A stretch of DNA of 59,872 bases, taken from contig MU626385.1 in assembly GCA_025603075.1 (NCBI GenBank), forward strand, positions 1 to 59,872, written 5' to 3'. This document shows, piece by piece, positions 24,801-36,849 of the stretch (positions are counted from its first letter, which is position 1; each line of letters opens with the position of its first letter). The notes beneath the pieces are model-generated. The model made no database searches. It saw only the letters and a list, made by a program, of their open reading frames with translations, and was not told the origin of the DNA. The stretch is from Neoconidiobolus thromboides FSU 785 (taxonomy: Eukaryota; Fungi; Entomophthoromycota). Both the position numbers and the translations under genes were made by a program.

Positions 24801-25812
24801 TAATTTATTATGAAAAACAATTTTATTAAGAACATCAGATTACCAATTATTGCTCCAGTTCTTATATATTTTTTTACTATATTCCATTTAGCATCAAAAA
24901 TTTGTTGTAAAGTACAATGCATGTCAGCATAAGTTACTTCCTTTTCACCAGAAGGTATTATTCTCTTTTCGCCATCGACCATATTGTCTAAGTAATCGTA
25001 TTTTAAATTATTTTTAACCTTTATTTATATCATGATCTTTACCCTCTTCTTGATTTGGAGATGATTCTCTTTCAATTTTATTAATTTCTTTCTCCAATTC
25101 CATCATTGCCTCAAGAGCGGGATCTTTTTTAACGTAATATTCTTTTTTATATCCCTTTGCTTTTATCTTTTAATATTTATCTTAATAAATTCAAAAAAAT
25201 ACCATTCAAATCAATATCCTTCATAAAAGGATTGTACTTTAAATACTGTGATACTCTACGCATACCTTTCTAAAAAACACTTTTACATCATAGCCCAATT
25301 TCTATTGATTTAAATTACCATTATATTATCAGCATCTTCATAAATTTCAGAATCTGGCATATTGTACTGTTTCGCATTGTCAGTTAACAATAACCAATCT
25401 TTAAAAAAAGCATCCCAATCTTTATATTCTTCTTTTTGAACTTTTTTCTAAAATTAAGTAATAAATAAATCATAAATTTGATTAGTTACTATATTACTTG
25501 AATAAATTTAATCGAAATTGGTCTTTTGATCTCTTTATAATAATCTGGATAGTCTTCTTTCGATGGTAGTTCTATAAACATCTCGCTTATATTCCTTTTA
25601 CTTTAAAAAATATTTAGTATATGGATTAAATTATTTGATTTTATTACTCAACGTCTTTTAAGTTATTAATCCATTTAATAGTATGTTTAAATGCAGTCTG
25701 CAAATCCCAATTTTCCGCTTCTGGGTCCTATCTTATTTAGTAAAGATTTAGGTATACTATCTCATCAATTTACTCTTTTGATCTTTCTTCCATTTAACGC
25801 TAATTTCTTCAT
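21817..25812 (-). CDS. Bromodomain-bromodomain-BAH chromatin protein (RSC1/RSC2/polybromo-like), about 15 exons
   Basis: BD1: ISEMFIELPSKEDYPDYYKEIKRPI..DNAKQYNMPDSEIYEDA. BD2: PLVSYFANLPPIEDYPDYYEIITSPI. BAH: YSLGDNVLVY..FEPNEVFKT..ISRKCCLL. Start and some junctions inferred by eye. Confidence 0.75.
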
Positions 25813-26030
25813 AATTATAAATGTAACAAGTAAAAAGTTGTATTGTTCAAATATTCAGACTGTCATACTTATTTTTGATTAGTGAGTTTATTTGAATATT
25901 ATTTGATGCTAATTTAATTTAATAGTAATTTATTATGGATAGAATCAAATGAACTAAACATGCTGATAATATCTTTTTACTATTGAAATAATAATAATAA
26001 TAACTTGCAAATATACCAATATAGTAAGCT

Positions 26031-27220
26031 ATGATTAAAAACAAGATATTAGTACCTTTTAGTGAGCTTTGCTTGAGTACGGTTTTGAAAAATGGGCAGA
26101 GTTTCACTTGGGAAAAGACTGGGGATAAAGAATGGTAACTATTGCCTAAAACCAATAAAACTATTTTAAAAAACAATAGGACTTCGGTACTAAACGGGTT
26201 ACTTTTAAGCTTGACTCAATTAGGTAGATATGTTGATATTAATTTGCTATTTGTTATTTACAATTATAGATGATGGAATAGAATATAGAATACATTCAAA
26301 TTTAAAACAGTTAAATGAAGAAAACGTTAAAAAAACAATAGTTGATTATTTTCAATTAGAAAAAATAGATCTCTCGCTTTTGTACAAATCCTGGTCTAAT
26401 AAAGATACTAACTTTGCTAAAAAAGGATTGAGATTTCCTGGTGTTAGAGTTTTACGACAAGATCCCGTTGAAAATTTATTTAGTTTTATATGTTCCTCTA
26501 ATAATAACATAACTAGGATAACAAAAATGGTATTCGTTTCCTTGCACTAACTCAACTTTATTTAATTTTTATAGGTCCAGAATTTATGTGAACATTATGG
26601 GGAATTAGTTGGAGAATATCAGGATAAAAAATATTATAACTTTCCTAAAATTGAATGTTTAACTGAAGATCAAGTAGAAGCTAAATTGAGGGCTTTAGGT
26701 TTTGGATATAGAGCAAAGTATATAAATAAATCTGCAAAAAAGTTAGCGAAGTTAGGTGGTGAAGAGTGGCTACTTAACTTAAGAGAAGTCCCATATGAAA
26801 AATGTAAACACGAGCTTTTGATGTTAGAAGGAGTAAAATAATTGTAATCTTTTATAAAAATTTAAGTTTAAATATATAAGGTTGGGCCCAAGGTTGCAGA
26901 TTGTGTGGTAAATTTAAAATATTTATTATTCTTTTATTCAAACTGTTTAGTGCTTGATGTCATTAGATAAGCATGATGCCATACCAGTAGACACACATGT
27001 TTTTCAAATTGCAAAAAGAGATTATGGATTTAAAGGGGGCAGAAACAAAACTTTAAGTAGAAAAGAATATGATTCAATTAACCAACATTTTAGAGACATC
27101 TTTGGAGAATACGCTGGCTGGGCCCATTCGGTACAGCTATCATTTTTTAGTTTTTAATTTCTAACTATGATTTAGATTTTATTTACCGCTGACTTAAAAA
27201 TGTATGAAGAAGTTAATTAG
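26031..27220 (+). CDS. OGG1: 8-oxoguanine DNA glycosylase/AP lyase, multi-exon
   Basis: LKNGQSFTW, GVRVLRQDPVENLFSFICSSNNNITRI, LRALGFGYRAKYI, HhH-GPD GVGPKVADCV..AIPVDTHVFQIA, FGEYAGWAHSVLFTADL. Confidence 0.95.
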
Positions 27221-28510
27221 GGCCATTGCGATAATATCACAGTATAGAAGTTTATTCGGGACTGCTTTTGTTTATACATGTTAACAGTATTATAAATTAA
27301 ACAATAGTAGAATAAAAATTACAATACGTCCTATACATGTTTATATCTGTTATTTTTATTTTTTATTTTTTTCTACGTTTAAGGCTTTATAATCGTATTT
27401 AACAATACTTATTGAACATGATAAATATAAAAATGCTTTATTAAGTAAGGCTAGTGGAGTAAGAGTAGTGATATAAATTGGTAATTTGGCGAAAAGTACC
27501 AATTGTAGAGTTGGGAATTCCTACCACTCTTATTACTAAGTAACTTAATTTAATTCAATCATTAGTGCATTACTTTCGTAGTATGTAGATGACATTTGGA
27601 CTTTAAAAACATTAGACTTTTTCCTGGAATGTTTTATCACCTGCGTACATTTTTATACGATTAAATCCATCCTAATATTTTGGACGATTATTCACATATG
27701 ATTTTTTAATTTATGTACCCTGTTATATAGCTTATTACTACTGAGGGCAGATTGATATTCGCGAAGTTATTTCGGTTTATTGTATTTTTATTTGTATTAT
27801 GATTACAATTCAAAAAATTGCTTATCCACATTGATACAGTTCGCTCCCTCACTATAATTCAATAAAGGTTAAAGATAAAAGAGTACGCCTAGTAAAATCA
27901 TAATATATTATATTTTAGATTAACAACCCTAGATATTTGTATTTTTATATATAGCATCCGAATTATGATAAGAGAGCTTAATTTTATTTAAACTCGTAGT
28001 TCTTTAGTTAAACTATTTAAAAGTTGTATCAATAATTACTGTTTTATCTATTGAGTGAAGTTACGACAATTCTTTTTATTTTAGTTTAAATTAATTTAAT
28101 AAAATTCATTCTAAATCCGATGTTTATGTGGTGTTAGCTATATAGCTTATTTGATATAATTTGTAATCTATAGATTTCTTTTTGAATAGAGAGTTTATTT
28201 ATGTATCAATATAGCAATACTATTATTTTTTTTCTTATTAAAATCCTATATTTTGTTCAAACAATATATTTCTATTTTACATTAAAATGGCTTAAATGTA
28301 AGTTAACTTCATGATACAACTGTCAAACTATTATGACTTAGCTAAGTATTCATTTAAGAATAAAATTTCATAAAATTTGGGCTTTAAAAAACTAAATAAG
28401 CAAATAACTAGCTCTAAAAATTACCACAAATCAAGTTGCAATAGAACTTCAATAACCGTATTAACAAATATCTTAAACCTAATATTTATTAATTTTTCAA
28501 ACACCATTTC

Positions 28511-28600
28511 GGGGATGTATTTTTTGTTTAATTTTACTAATAATTATTCTATTCAAATAGCGTTAAAATGAAAAAAGTGATGAAATTAAAAAAAACACCC
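28511..28600 (+). mobile_element. MITE copy 8
   Basis: GGGGATGTATTTTTTG...AAAAAAACACCC; TSD not clean. Confidence 0.82.
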
Positions 28601-28927
28601 TTATTTGGTAAGCTAAATTAATTTGACTAGTATTAATTTATAAATTAAACTATTTTATCAAAAGTATAAGCAATGATATTTTAATGAAACAATGTACATA
28701 AACACTATATTGGCTTTAACTGTTTGTTTTTATATTTATTATTGCTATCTTTCAATCATCTATATAATACACTAAATTTTATGGCTTATGATCAACAAAA
28801 AACTTTTAGAGCTAAAATTGTTTATTTTTCCCCATAAACACTTCATGCCATAAATAAATTGATATGAACAGGACTAGAATCCAATATAACAAAATGTGCC
28901 ACAAAAAAATAAATTAAACCTCTATAA

Positions 28928-28939
28928 AAAAGTATATAA
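28928..28939 (+). promoter_or_regulatory. Extended TATA-like motif AAAAGTATATAA
   Basis: 34 bp upstream of ATG 28974; the same motif precedes three other secreted-protein genes. Confidence 0.45.
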
Positions 28940-28973
28940 TCAAATTAAATAGACTTGAACTTTATATAAAAAA

Positions 28974-29339
28974 ATGCTTTTATTTTTTATTTTGTTAAAC
29001 GTAGTATTCAATTTGATCCACTCTAAGGAGCACCCTTTTATGAATAAGAATGATCATGAGGTAATTAAAGAAAGCTTTACCTTATTAAACAAGGCCCCAG
29101 TTCATATCAATATTGAGCCTAAAGGCAAGGAAAGTGATAATGATAGTTTGATTGATTTTGACTTGAATGTGCATATGAGATCAAAATTATACAATCGATT
29201 GAAAAAGTCATTTAAGTTAAACAAATATAAGAATAAGAAGATGAAGGAAACCCCGATAAAAGGAAAACATCGCTATTTTAATTCTTTTAATAAGTTATTA
29301 TTTGCCATTGACGATATATTAGATGATGAAGCGAAATAG
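28974..29339 (+). CDS. Small secreted hypothetical protein with basic C-terminal half
   Basis: 121-aa ORF, signal-peptide-like MLLFFILLNVVFNLIHS, upstream TATA motif; no family recognised. Confidence 0.6.
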   Translation: MLLFFILLNVVFNLIHSKEHPFMNKNDHEVIKESFTLLNKAPVHINIEPKGKESDNDSLIDFDLNVHMRSKLYNRLKKSFKLNKYKNKKMKETPIKGKHRYFNSFNKLLFAIDDILDDEAK

Positions 29340-30919
29340 GGAAGCTATGATTACTATTTAAATTAAAGGAATTATTAAAATATTTCATTTCAACCTATTA
29401 CACATTCAAGATAATATTCTAAAACATATATCTTATAGCTTTAAATAGCACACATAAAACATTAGTTAAATCTTACCATTATCTATTTTTCATATTTAAA
29501 TTTTATTTTATTTTTAGTTAAACTATCAGACATTATAAAATTATTTTATTTAATATAGTAATTCCTCAAACAAGCTAAAGTTTAGTTCATAGAAACGATT
29601 ATTGGCATTTTAAACATTTACGATTGATTTATTTTAAACCATTATTTGGAATATTATATATTATATTGGTCATTGAAGGGTATACTATTTTTTTTGAAAA
29701 CTCTAATATTGGGAATTTTGCTAATGTTGATAGAATTTGAAATATAGATTATGATCACTATTTTTTATTTGACGCTACCAGCCTTTAAGGGTCAGTGTAG
29801 GTATGATCGAGGATATTAACAATGTTAAATAATATAAAGGCAATAAGAAAGATGCTATAGTTGTGACAAGTTGAAAATATTATAATTTGTGCAAGAAAAA
29901 AATTAAGGCTGTTATTGCATTAACCTTTGGGTTAAAACTTTGACTTACAAAATATCAAAGCTATAAAAGACTATTTGAGCTTAATATTTTTTTCTTGTAA
30001 CATTTTTAGTGTAATATAAGTTTTATCAATCATAATATATATGATAGTCCTCCATACTCAGCTTTATTTTTATTACATTGTATTAATCTTATATAGTAGT
30101 CTTAATGAAACAACCCAATACCTTTTGACCTACCTGGTACCTGAATTTTATCAAAGTTTAATTGTTATTATTTAGTTATTATTTAGTTATTATTTTTTTA
30201 TAATAATCTTTTAGTTGTTATATAAAATACTAAAGTTTTATGCTATATGTATAATAGAAGAGTATTAGGATTTACTGAGTTATCTAACATACATCAAATG
30301 TTACTATAAGTTTAAGAGAAATTAACTAAATCACCTTAACTTTCATATGTGCGGCTAAAATATTTATTATTAGATTCAGGTCTATAAATAATTTTTTTGA
30401 AATGATCAAATATTTTAATCTATTTTAATTTAGTGGGTTCTTTACAAAAATATATGCCCAAAATTAATTCTATTTTTATCTTATTTACTAGCAAAACTAA
30501 TCATGGCTATTTGACCAATAATGTATTTAGTATTTCACAAGTCAAGAATTTTATGTTACTATCCGAGTTAAATGAACTATGATTAGTTATGCACTAATTT
30601 CTTAGAATATTAATAAGTGATAGAATTTGGGTATCGCTTATTCTGTTAAAACAAGGCATGACAACATACATCCACTACATTGATTTCTATATCATAATAT
30701 ACAATGGTTGCACTTATTGACAGCTTTGTAATATGCCTTGAATGTTATAATAGTCCTAGTTTAACGAATGTAAACTGAAAAAATTCTTAATGATTTCTGC
30801 CAAGATTTATAAAGCCCAATTCCCCCTCGTAGCCTATCAAAATTTATATAAAATTTTAACTTTATAAATAGATTAAATGGAATTGTCATAGCCTACTAAG
30901 CATAATAATATTCTGATGT

Positions 30920-30931
30920 AAAAGTATATAA
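30920..30931 (+). promoter_or_regulatory. Extended TATA-like motif AAAAGTATATAA
   Basis: 42 bp upstream of ATG 30974. Confidence 0.45.
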
Positions 30932-30973
30932 TGAACTGAAATTTATCATTCAACTTAAGTTTATATCAGAAAA

Positions 30974-31498
30974 ATGAAATATCAATCAATTTTAGCCTTT
31001 TTGATTGCATCTATCGCTTCAGCAGCTGTATCAAGCAACCATTGTGATTCAGTAGATCCTTCCATTAAAGATCTTTGTAAAAAAGTACTTGAAGCAAGCA
31101 CTGAAATCGAAAAAGAAGTAACCACTTGTGAATCAAAGTGTAGTGATGACAACTGTAAAACAAAATGTGTTACTGACGCCTTACCACCAGCTCTTGCTTC
31201 CGAACAAACTCAAGGAAAGATTAAATGCATTTCTGATTGTAAAGATGATACTGCTTGCTTATCTAAATGCATCGATGGAAAAGTTTCAAAAGAGGATCTC
31301 GATAAAACTGTAAAATGCACCAAAGATTGTAAAGATGATGTCTCTTGTAGTCTCAAATGCTACCAAGATGTTTTGAAATCTGTCAGTACCAATACTAATA
31401 GTAACACTGTCAAGTCAACTTCACAAACCTCTTCTGCATTTTTCTCATCTAATTCTCCTTTAGTTGCAATTGCAGCAGCATCATTACTCCTCGTTTAA
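30974..31498 (+). CDS. Cys-rich secreted, probably GPI-anchored protein (paralog A, 14 Cys)
   Basis: Signal peptide, three C-x3-C-x4/5-C-x3-C modules, Ser/Thr stalk, hydrophobic C-terminus SPLVAIAAASLLLV. Confidence 0.85.
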   Translation: MKYQSILAFLIASIASAAVSSNHCDSVDPSIKDLCKKVLEASTEIEKEVTTCESKCSDDNCKTKCVTDALPPALASEQTQGKIKCISDCKDDTACLSKCIDGKVSKEDLDKTVKCTKDCKDDVSCSLKCYQDVLKSVSTNTNSNTVKSTSQTSSAFFSSNSPLVAIAAASLLLV

Positions 31499-31581
31499 GT
31501 TTATTTTCTAGATTGCTTTAAGTTGGTATTAATGTAATATAATAAATAAGGTTCTGTTTATTAGAAAATCGTTTTTATTAT

Positions 31582-31674
31582 GGAGATGTATTTTTTTGTT
31601 TAGGAATTTACTAACAATCTTTCTACTCAAGTAATGCTTAAAAAATGGAAAAGTAATGAAACCGAAACACCCCC
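31582..31674 (+). mobile_element. MITE copy 9
   Basis: GGAGATGTATTTTTTTG...AAACACCCCC; TSD TTAT/TTAT. Confidence 0.9.
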
Positions 31675-31743
31675 TTATGGTTTTTGGCTTTCAAAGGAAT
31701 TCTAAGAGCATTCGCAGTAAAATTGCAGTAATAATGATAAACT

Positions 31744-31837
31744 AGGGATGTATTTTTTTGTTTAAGAATTTTACTACAATCTTTCCACTCAAATAGCGCC
31801 TGAAAATGGAAAAGTAATGAAATCAAAAAAATAGCCC
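31744..31837 (+). mobile_element. MITE copy 10
   Basis: Family core nearly intact; flanks AACT/AATT. Confidence 0.88.
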
Positions 31838-32087
31838 AATTGAGATACCTTTTTAATAGAGTAATCACCTCTAAAGCCCTGACTTTATTAAAAAGATGTA
31901 TTGCTACAGAAGTATGTACCAATACCAATAGATAGACATATATCAAATAGCTCTTCTAACCGAAATTAAATATTTAAATAAAATAAAATTACAGCTTGGT
32001 TTATTATAAAAATAATTTGTTAGACTCCTTTACCCTACTAATAAATCATATTAAGAAAATAATAAAAACATCTTAATTTAAATGTAT

Positions 32088-32181
32088 GGGAGAATGTCTT
32101 TTCTAGTTTTAGTATCCTATTCATTTTTTATTTACTAAGAAATCTACAAAATTATTAAATATACTAAAAAAAGACATATTC
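32088..32181 (-). mobile_element. Heavily degraded MITE-like copy abutting copy 11
   Basis: Inverted ends ATGTCTTTTCTAGT / ACTAAAAAAAGACAT; internal TTCATTTTTTA and AAAATTATTAAA resemble the family's reverse strand. Confidence 0.5.
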
Positions 32182-32185
32182 ATAT

Positions 32186-32283
32186 GGGGATGTATTTTTT
32201 TGTTTAAGAATTTTACTAATAATCTTTCTACTCAAATAGCGCTTAAAAAGTAGAAAAGTAATGAAACCAAAAAAAACACTCCC
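32186..32283 (+). mobile_element. MITE copy 11 (close to consensus)
   Basis: GGGGATGTATTTTTTTG...CCAAAAAAAACACTCCC; TSD ATAT/ATAT. Confidence 0.92.
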
Positions 32284-32700
32284 ATATCTATTATCTATTA
32301 TCCCTTTAATTACAAGTTAAGACACAAGGCTTCCTATATGTTGTGTTCAACTCTTTTCAGTTTTTAGATGGTGAAGGCAAATGACCACAACAATAAATAT
32401 TACTCTTTGTAAAGTGACTAATGATTTAAAGAAAACTATATTCGAATCGAGATATTAATGAAGATGGATATGGCTGTTGAGTTGAAATGTACACTATCCA
32501 ACTTTTCCTTTAAAAATAAAGGTTTATATCGTAGGCTATAGCCATAGTGATAACTCAATTTGTCATTAATAAAAATAGTTAGAGTTATTTCTCTTACAAA
32601 TTACAATCCTCATTTTAAGCGACAAAAAATCGCGAAATTGCAGTTTTATTCTAATGAGTAATATCTCTTTTCTTTTCTGCAAAAACTAAGTACAACATAT

Positions 32701-32799
32701 GGGGCTGTTTTTTTTGGTTTCATTACTTTGTCCATTTTTTAAGCACTATTTGAGCGGAAAAATTGTTAGTAAAATTATTAAGCAAAAAAATGCATCCCC
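32701..32799 (-). mobile_element. MITE copy 12
   Basis: GGGGCTGTTTTTTTTGG...AAAAATGCATCCCC; TSD ATAT/ATAT. Confidence 0.92.
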
Positions 32800-32819
32800 A
32801 TATGGGAAAGCGTTATATA

Positions 32820-32906
32820 GGGAGTTTTTTTGATTTCACTTTTTCCATTTTTTAAATGCTATTTGAATGGAAAGGTTAGTAAAATTCTTAAACAAAATAC
32901 ATTCTC
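32820..32906 (-). mobile_element. MITE copy 13
   Basis: Reverse family core with small deletions, 20 bp from copy 12. Confidence 0.82.
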
Positions 32907-33111
32907 ATATTGTATATTTTCAAAATTAAAATTCATTAATTTTAGTTTAATTTATGACTAAATACAAAATATAAATTACATGTTTCATAGTTAATTTTGA
33001 ATTCTATTTTCAATATTTCTATAACAATATAGATTCTACATTAATCAATTTAATATTAAAAGCTTAAGCCTTCGTTTTAATAATATTTATCAAAAACATT
33101 ATTTTAAATAT

Positions 33112-33210
33112 GGGGATGTATTTTTTTATGTAAGAGTTTTATTAGTAATTATTCTACTTAAATAGTGTTTGAAAAGGGGAAAAAGTGATGAAACTAAAAA
33201 AAGCATCGCC
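33112..33210 (+). mobile_element. MITE copy 14
   Basis: GGGGATGTATTTTTTT...AAAAAGCATCGCC; TSD ATAT/ATAT. Confidence 0.88.
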
Positions 33211-33363
33211 ATATAGTAATATTATATTTCAAGAAAACTAAATATTAATTTATATACTAGTTACAGTTTCTTCTCACTATTCAGAGCTGTCTAGTTCCAT
33301 CCTATAAGCTATATACTTAAATGGCAAAGGAGATAAAAACAATTGGCCACATATTATAGATAA

Positions 33364-33460
33364 GGAGATGTGTTTTTTTGTTTAAGAATTTTACTACAAT
33401 CTTTCCACTCAAATAGCGCTTAAAAAATGGAAAAATAATGAAATCAAAAGAAACACTCCC
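33364..33460 (+). mobile_element. MITE copy 15
   Basis: GGAGATGTGTTTTTTTG...AAACACTCCC; TSD ATAA/ATAA. Confidence 0.92.
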
Positions 33461-33566
33461 ATAATATTATATTAAGATATTCAACTTGTAATATCAGATG
33501 TTCAAATATAAATACAAAAGATTGAACGATTTTAGTATATAATAAAGTACTTTAATGGCTTAAAGA

Positions 33567-34175
33567 TTAATTAAATAATAGAGCTCCAGCAGTTAAAAGA
33601 ACTAATGGGGAGGCGGTATTAATAAATGAATTAGAACCAGCCTTTGGTTTTGAAGGATCACCTGAAGTAGGTAACTTACTGCTATCTTCCGAACTTCCAG
33701 ATGTAGATGTTTTGCCACTATCACTTGAGTTTCCAGATTTTACAGTAGTATCTTTGGTTGTTTGCCCTGAAGTTCCCAATGAACACTTAGAAAGGCAACT
33801 TATATCGTTATTACAACCTTTAGAACATTCAAGACTTTTATCAAGATCTTCCTTTTGGACCATACCACCTGAGCATTTTGAAATACAAGCGGTATCACCC
33901 TGCTTACATGAATTATAGCACTTGCTTTGTTCTTGGATACTTGGGGAGTCCATTAAATCAGAGACAGCGTCTGTCGAACATTTTACCTTACAGTCCATAT
34001 TAGAGCATTTAGATTCACACGCTTTAATTTTGTTCATATATTCATTTCCAGCAGCAGCCTGTTTTTCGCAAGCATCTTTAGCACTGCCACTAAATGAATC
34101 ACAAAACCCTCCACTTGAAACTGCTGCAGAGGTAATAGCTGATATAAAGATAGCAATAATTGAGATATTTTTCAT
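33567..34175 (-). CDS. Cys-rich secreted, probably GPI-anchored protein (paralog B, 14 Cys)
   Basis: MKNISIIAIFISAITSAAVSS; CESKC..C..KC x3 modules; shares KEDLDK with paralog A; Ser/Gly/Thr stalk; SPLVLLTAGALLFN. Confidence 0.85.
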   Translation of the reverse strand: MKNISIIAIFISAITSAAVSSGGFCDSFSGSAKDACEKQAAAGNEYMNKIKACESKCSNMDCKVKCSTDAVSDLMDSPSIQEQSKCYNSCKQGDTACISKCSGGMVQKEDLDKSLECSKGCNNDISCLSKCSLGTSGQTTKDTTVKSGNSSDSGKTSTSGSSEDSSKLPTSGDPSKPKAGSNSFINTASPLVLLTAGALLFN

Positions 34176-34206
34176 TTTTTAGATTTAATTTTTGAAAAAT
34201 TAAAGT

Positions 34207-34218
34207 ATTTATACTTTT
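34207..34218 (-). promoter_or_regulatory. Extended TATA-like motif AAAAGTATAAAT
   Basis: 31 bp upstream of ATG 34175 on the minus strand. Confidence 0.4.
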
Positions 34219-35304
34219 TATCAACATGATCCTTATTTTAATTAAAAAAATTAATATTCATAAGATATTTATATGTTAGATGCAGTTTAAGTATAATTCA
34301 TGTACAATTTATTGATATTTGTTGAAGTTTAATATTTTATTAACCATTTTAATAAATATAACATTTCTTTATTTAGATTTTGGATATGATTGTTAAAGCT
34401 TGTTTGCGAAATATTTAAAGATAAATTTATGACACAACTTTCGCTAATGTTTAAATACTAGGCTTTAAAAAAGCAAGCAAACAAATAGTAGCCGAATAAA
34501 TTTTACTAGAGGTTGCATATTTAAACTTTAACAGAGGAAGAATTCCTGATCAAACTTTGCATATTAAATTCTGTTAAAACCCCTAAACGCCCCATCTTTA
34601 TTTTACCTCAAATTGTATAACCTTAATAAGTTTTCCTTTTTTAAATAAATAAAAAACAATAAAGCCGAGATCCTTATTTATACTAAAGTTTAATCCCCTC
34701 TAGTTTAAAAAATAGCTGTGATGTTGATTAAAGTAGTACTGTTTGTTTATATGTATGATTGATTTAATAAGATTCAAAAGTTTATATAAAGGTGTGCGTA
34801 ATGATAATAACAAGTAAATGTTGTTTATAATATCAATGTTTAATGGTATTGTTGGGTATTACTGACAACAAGTTATGAACATATCATAAATTAACTTTAT
34901 TTTTAATTAATTTATTGCATAAAACTAAATATAAAAAATGCGATAGCCCAAACTAATAGGCCTCGCTTTTAACTAAATAAGTAAATAGCTATTAATCCAT
35001 CAATACCAATAATTACTACTACAGCTTTGGCATAAATGTGATATTAATTTAATTTGACATATCAAAATATCATATAACTTTCAAATTCAAATAAATATTT
35101 TAATATAGATAAGTAAATGTTCTCAAAAATTAATATCTTTAAATACCCATTTCTAAAAAATATATATTATGCCTCAAATATTGTACTGTATTTTAATGCA
35201 TCAAATGTTATTTAGCTATTCGATTATTATAATATAACAAATTACCGACGCCTCCAATACAGTAGTTATTTTAAGTTTTGGCTTTAATAGAATTTTTACA
35301 ATAT

Positions 35305-35388
35305 GAGATGTATTTTAAAAATTTTATTAGCAATTTTTCTAGTCAGATAGCATTTTAAAAATGAAGTGGTGAAACCAAAAAAACACTC
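35305..35388 (+). mobile_element. MITE copy 16 (degenerate)
   Basis: GAGATGTATTTT..AATTTTATTAGCAATTTTT..GAAACCAAAAAAACACTC. Confidence 0.72.
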
Positions 35389-35892
35389 ATACATACTCTA
35401 AAATACAAAGTCCCAAAATATATAATGATCCGAAATATATTAGTTTAGCAAAGGTCAATTCATAATAAATCCTATTTGATTTTTTCGTATTACGTAAGAA
35501 TGACATTATTTTTTGTATTATGTCTATATAACATAGTATTTTGGCTTTGTTATTATAATAAATATTTGCTCATTTTTATTGACTTCATACACTATTAAAA
35601 TAGCATATTGGAAAAGTCAATTTGCAACTCAAAAACAGCTTAATATCTTAAAAATTATTAAAAATGTAATTCTATATCTTAAAAATTAATTGTATGGTAT
35701 ATTGATTGTTTATCTAAAGATTATGTATTTCTTATTTAATAATAACAGGATTTTTTTTGTTTTAAGCCATTTTTATATATTTAATATATTACAAAAAAGT
35801 GGTCTTTTCAAAAACATTAACATGATATTTGATAAACATATTATATTAAGAGTCAAAGATAACATCTGAAATATCTTTGAATATTAATATAT

Positions 35893-35989
35893 GAGAGCAT
35901 TTTTTTGACTTCATTATTTTTTCCATTTTTTAAACACTATTTAAGTAAAAAAAAGTTAGTAAAATCCTTAAACATGAAAATACATCCCC
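35893..35989 (-). mobile_element. MITE copy 17
   Basis: Reverse family core ending AAAATACATCCCC; flanks ATAT/ATAG. Confidence 0.88.
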
Positions 35990-36198
35990 ATAGATTGATT
36001 GCTCTAAGATTAAAAACTAATATCAGCTTTTTATCATTTTATCATGATAGAGATAACAGATAAAAAATAAGAATGATAATTACTTTATTTTTTAATCTAG
36101 CGTTTTATTAAATCAATTTTAAGAATATCGTTATTGACTATAAAAAATTGAAAGAATTGAATCAAAAAGCACTCTGGTTGGATTTATAATTTCAATAT

Positions 36199-36291
36199 GG
36201 GGATGTATTTTTTTAATAATTTTACTAACAGTCTTTCTACTAAAATAGCACTCAAAAATGGGAGAAGTGATGAAAGTAAAAAATATATACC
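36199..36291 (+). mobile_element. MITE copy 18
   Basis: GGGGATGTATTTTTTT left TIR and family core; right end decayed. Confidence 0.82.
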
Positions 36292-36849
36292 TATAAACTG
36301 AATTAAAAATTTATATTAAACTTTCTAAACTTATAACTGCAAATATTGTGGTGCTTTTGGCTACTAATTTAACTTATACTTCGTTCATTTTTTAAGCTTT
36401 AAAAAGAAAGGCAGCCAAAAAAAGGACATCTATATTTTGTTATTATTTATAGCTTTTTTAAAATACAATACTAAAAGGATTAGGGTTTTTAGAGGAACCA
36501 AATTAACTAACTCTATAAGAAAATAAAAAAATCAATAAGTAGCTTTAAAAATAAACCTTCAAAATTAGTATGTGTAAACATCTTTTTAACCATTTTCTCA
36601 TTTTTCAATCATAAAGTTAAAAATACCAGCTGAATTCATAGAGCAGACATTATCCTAAAATTTTATAATTATTATGTATGTCCAAAATTTATTTTATATA
36701 TTTATATGGATAAATAAATTAGCATACTATAATGACAAGTAGATACATTTAAAAGTTTGCTTTGACTCAATTGTAACATAATAGTCATATGTTAAATGGT
36801 GAAATAAAAGGAAATATAACTATTGTATTTAAAAAGGAATTTAATATTT

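Noticed and set aside
25150-25200. Apparent in-frame TAA in the bromodomain gene suggesting a pseudogene
   Set aside because: An alternative AAG acceptor 22 nt downstream of the first one gives an open frame with a ~44-nt intron, typical for this genome.
27458-27536. Nested stem-loop (AATTGGTA/TACCAATT inside AAGAGT/ACTCTT) as an ncRNA
   Set aside because: Short stems are expected by chance in AT-rich DNA; there are no family motifs and no second copy.
31638-31946. 102-aa minus-strand ORF
   Set aside because: It is largely the antisense translation of MITE copies 9 and 10.
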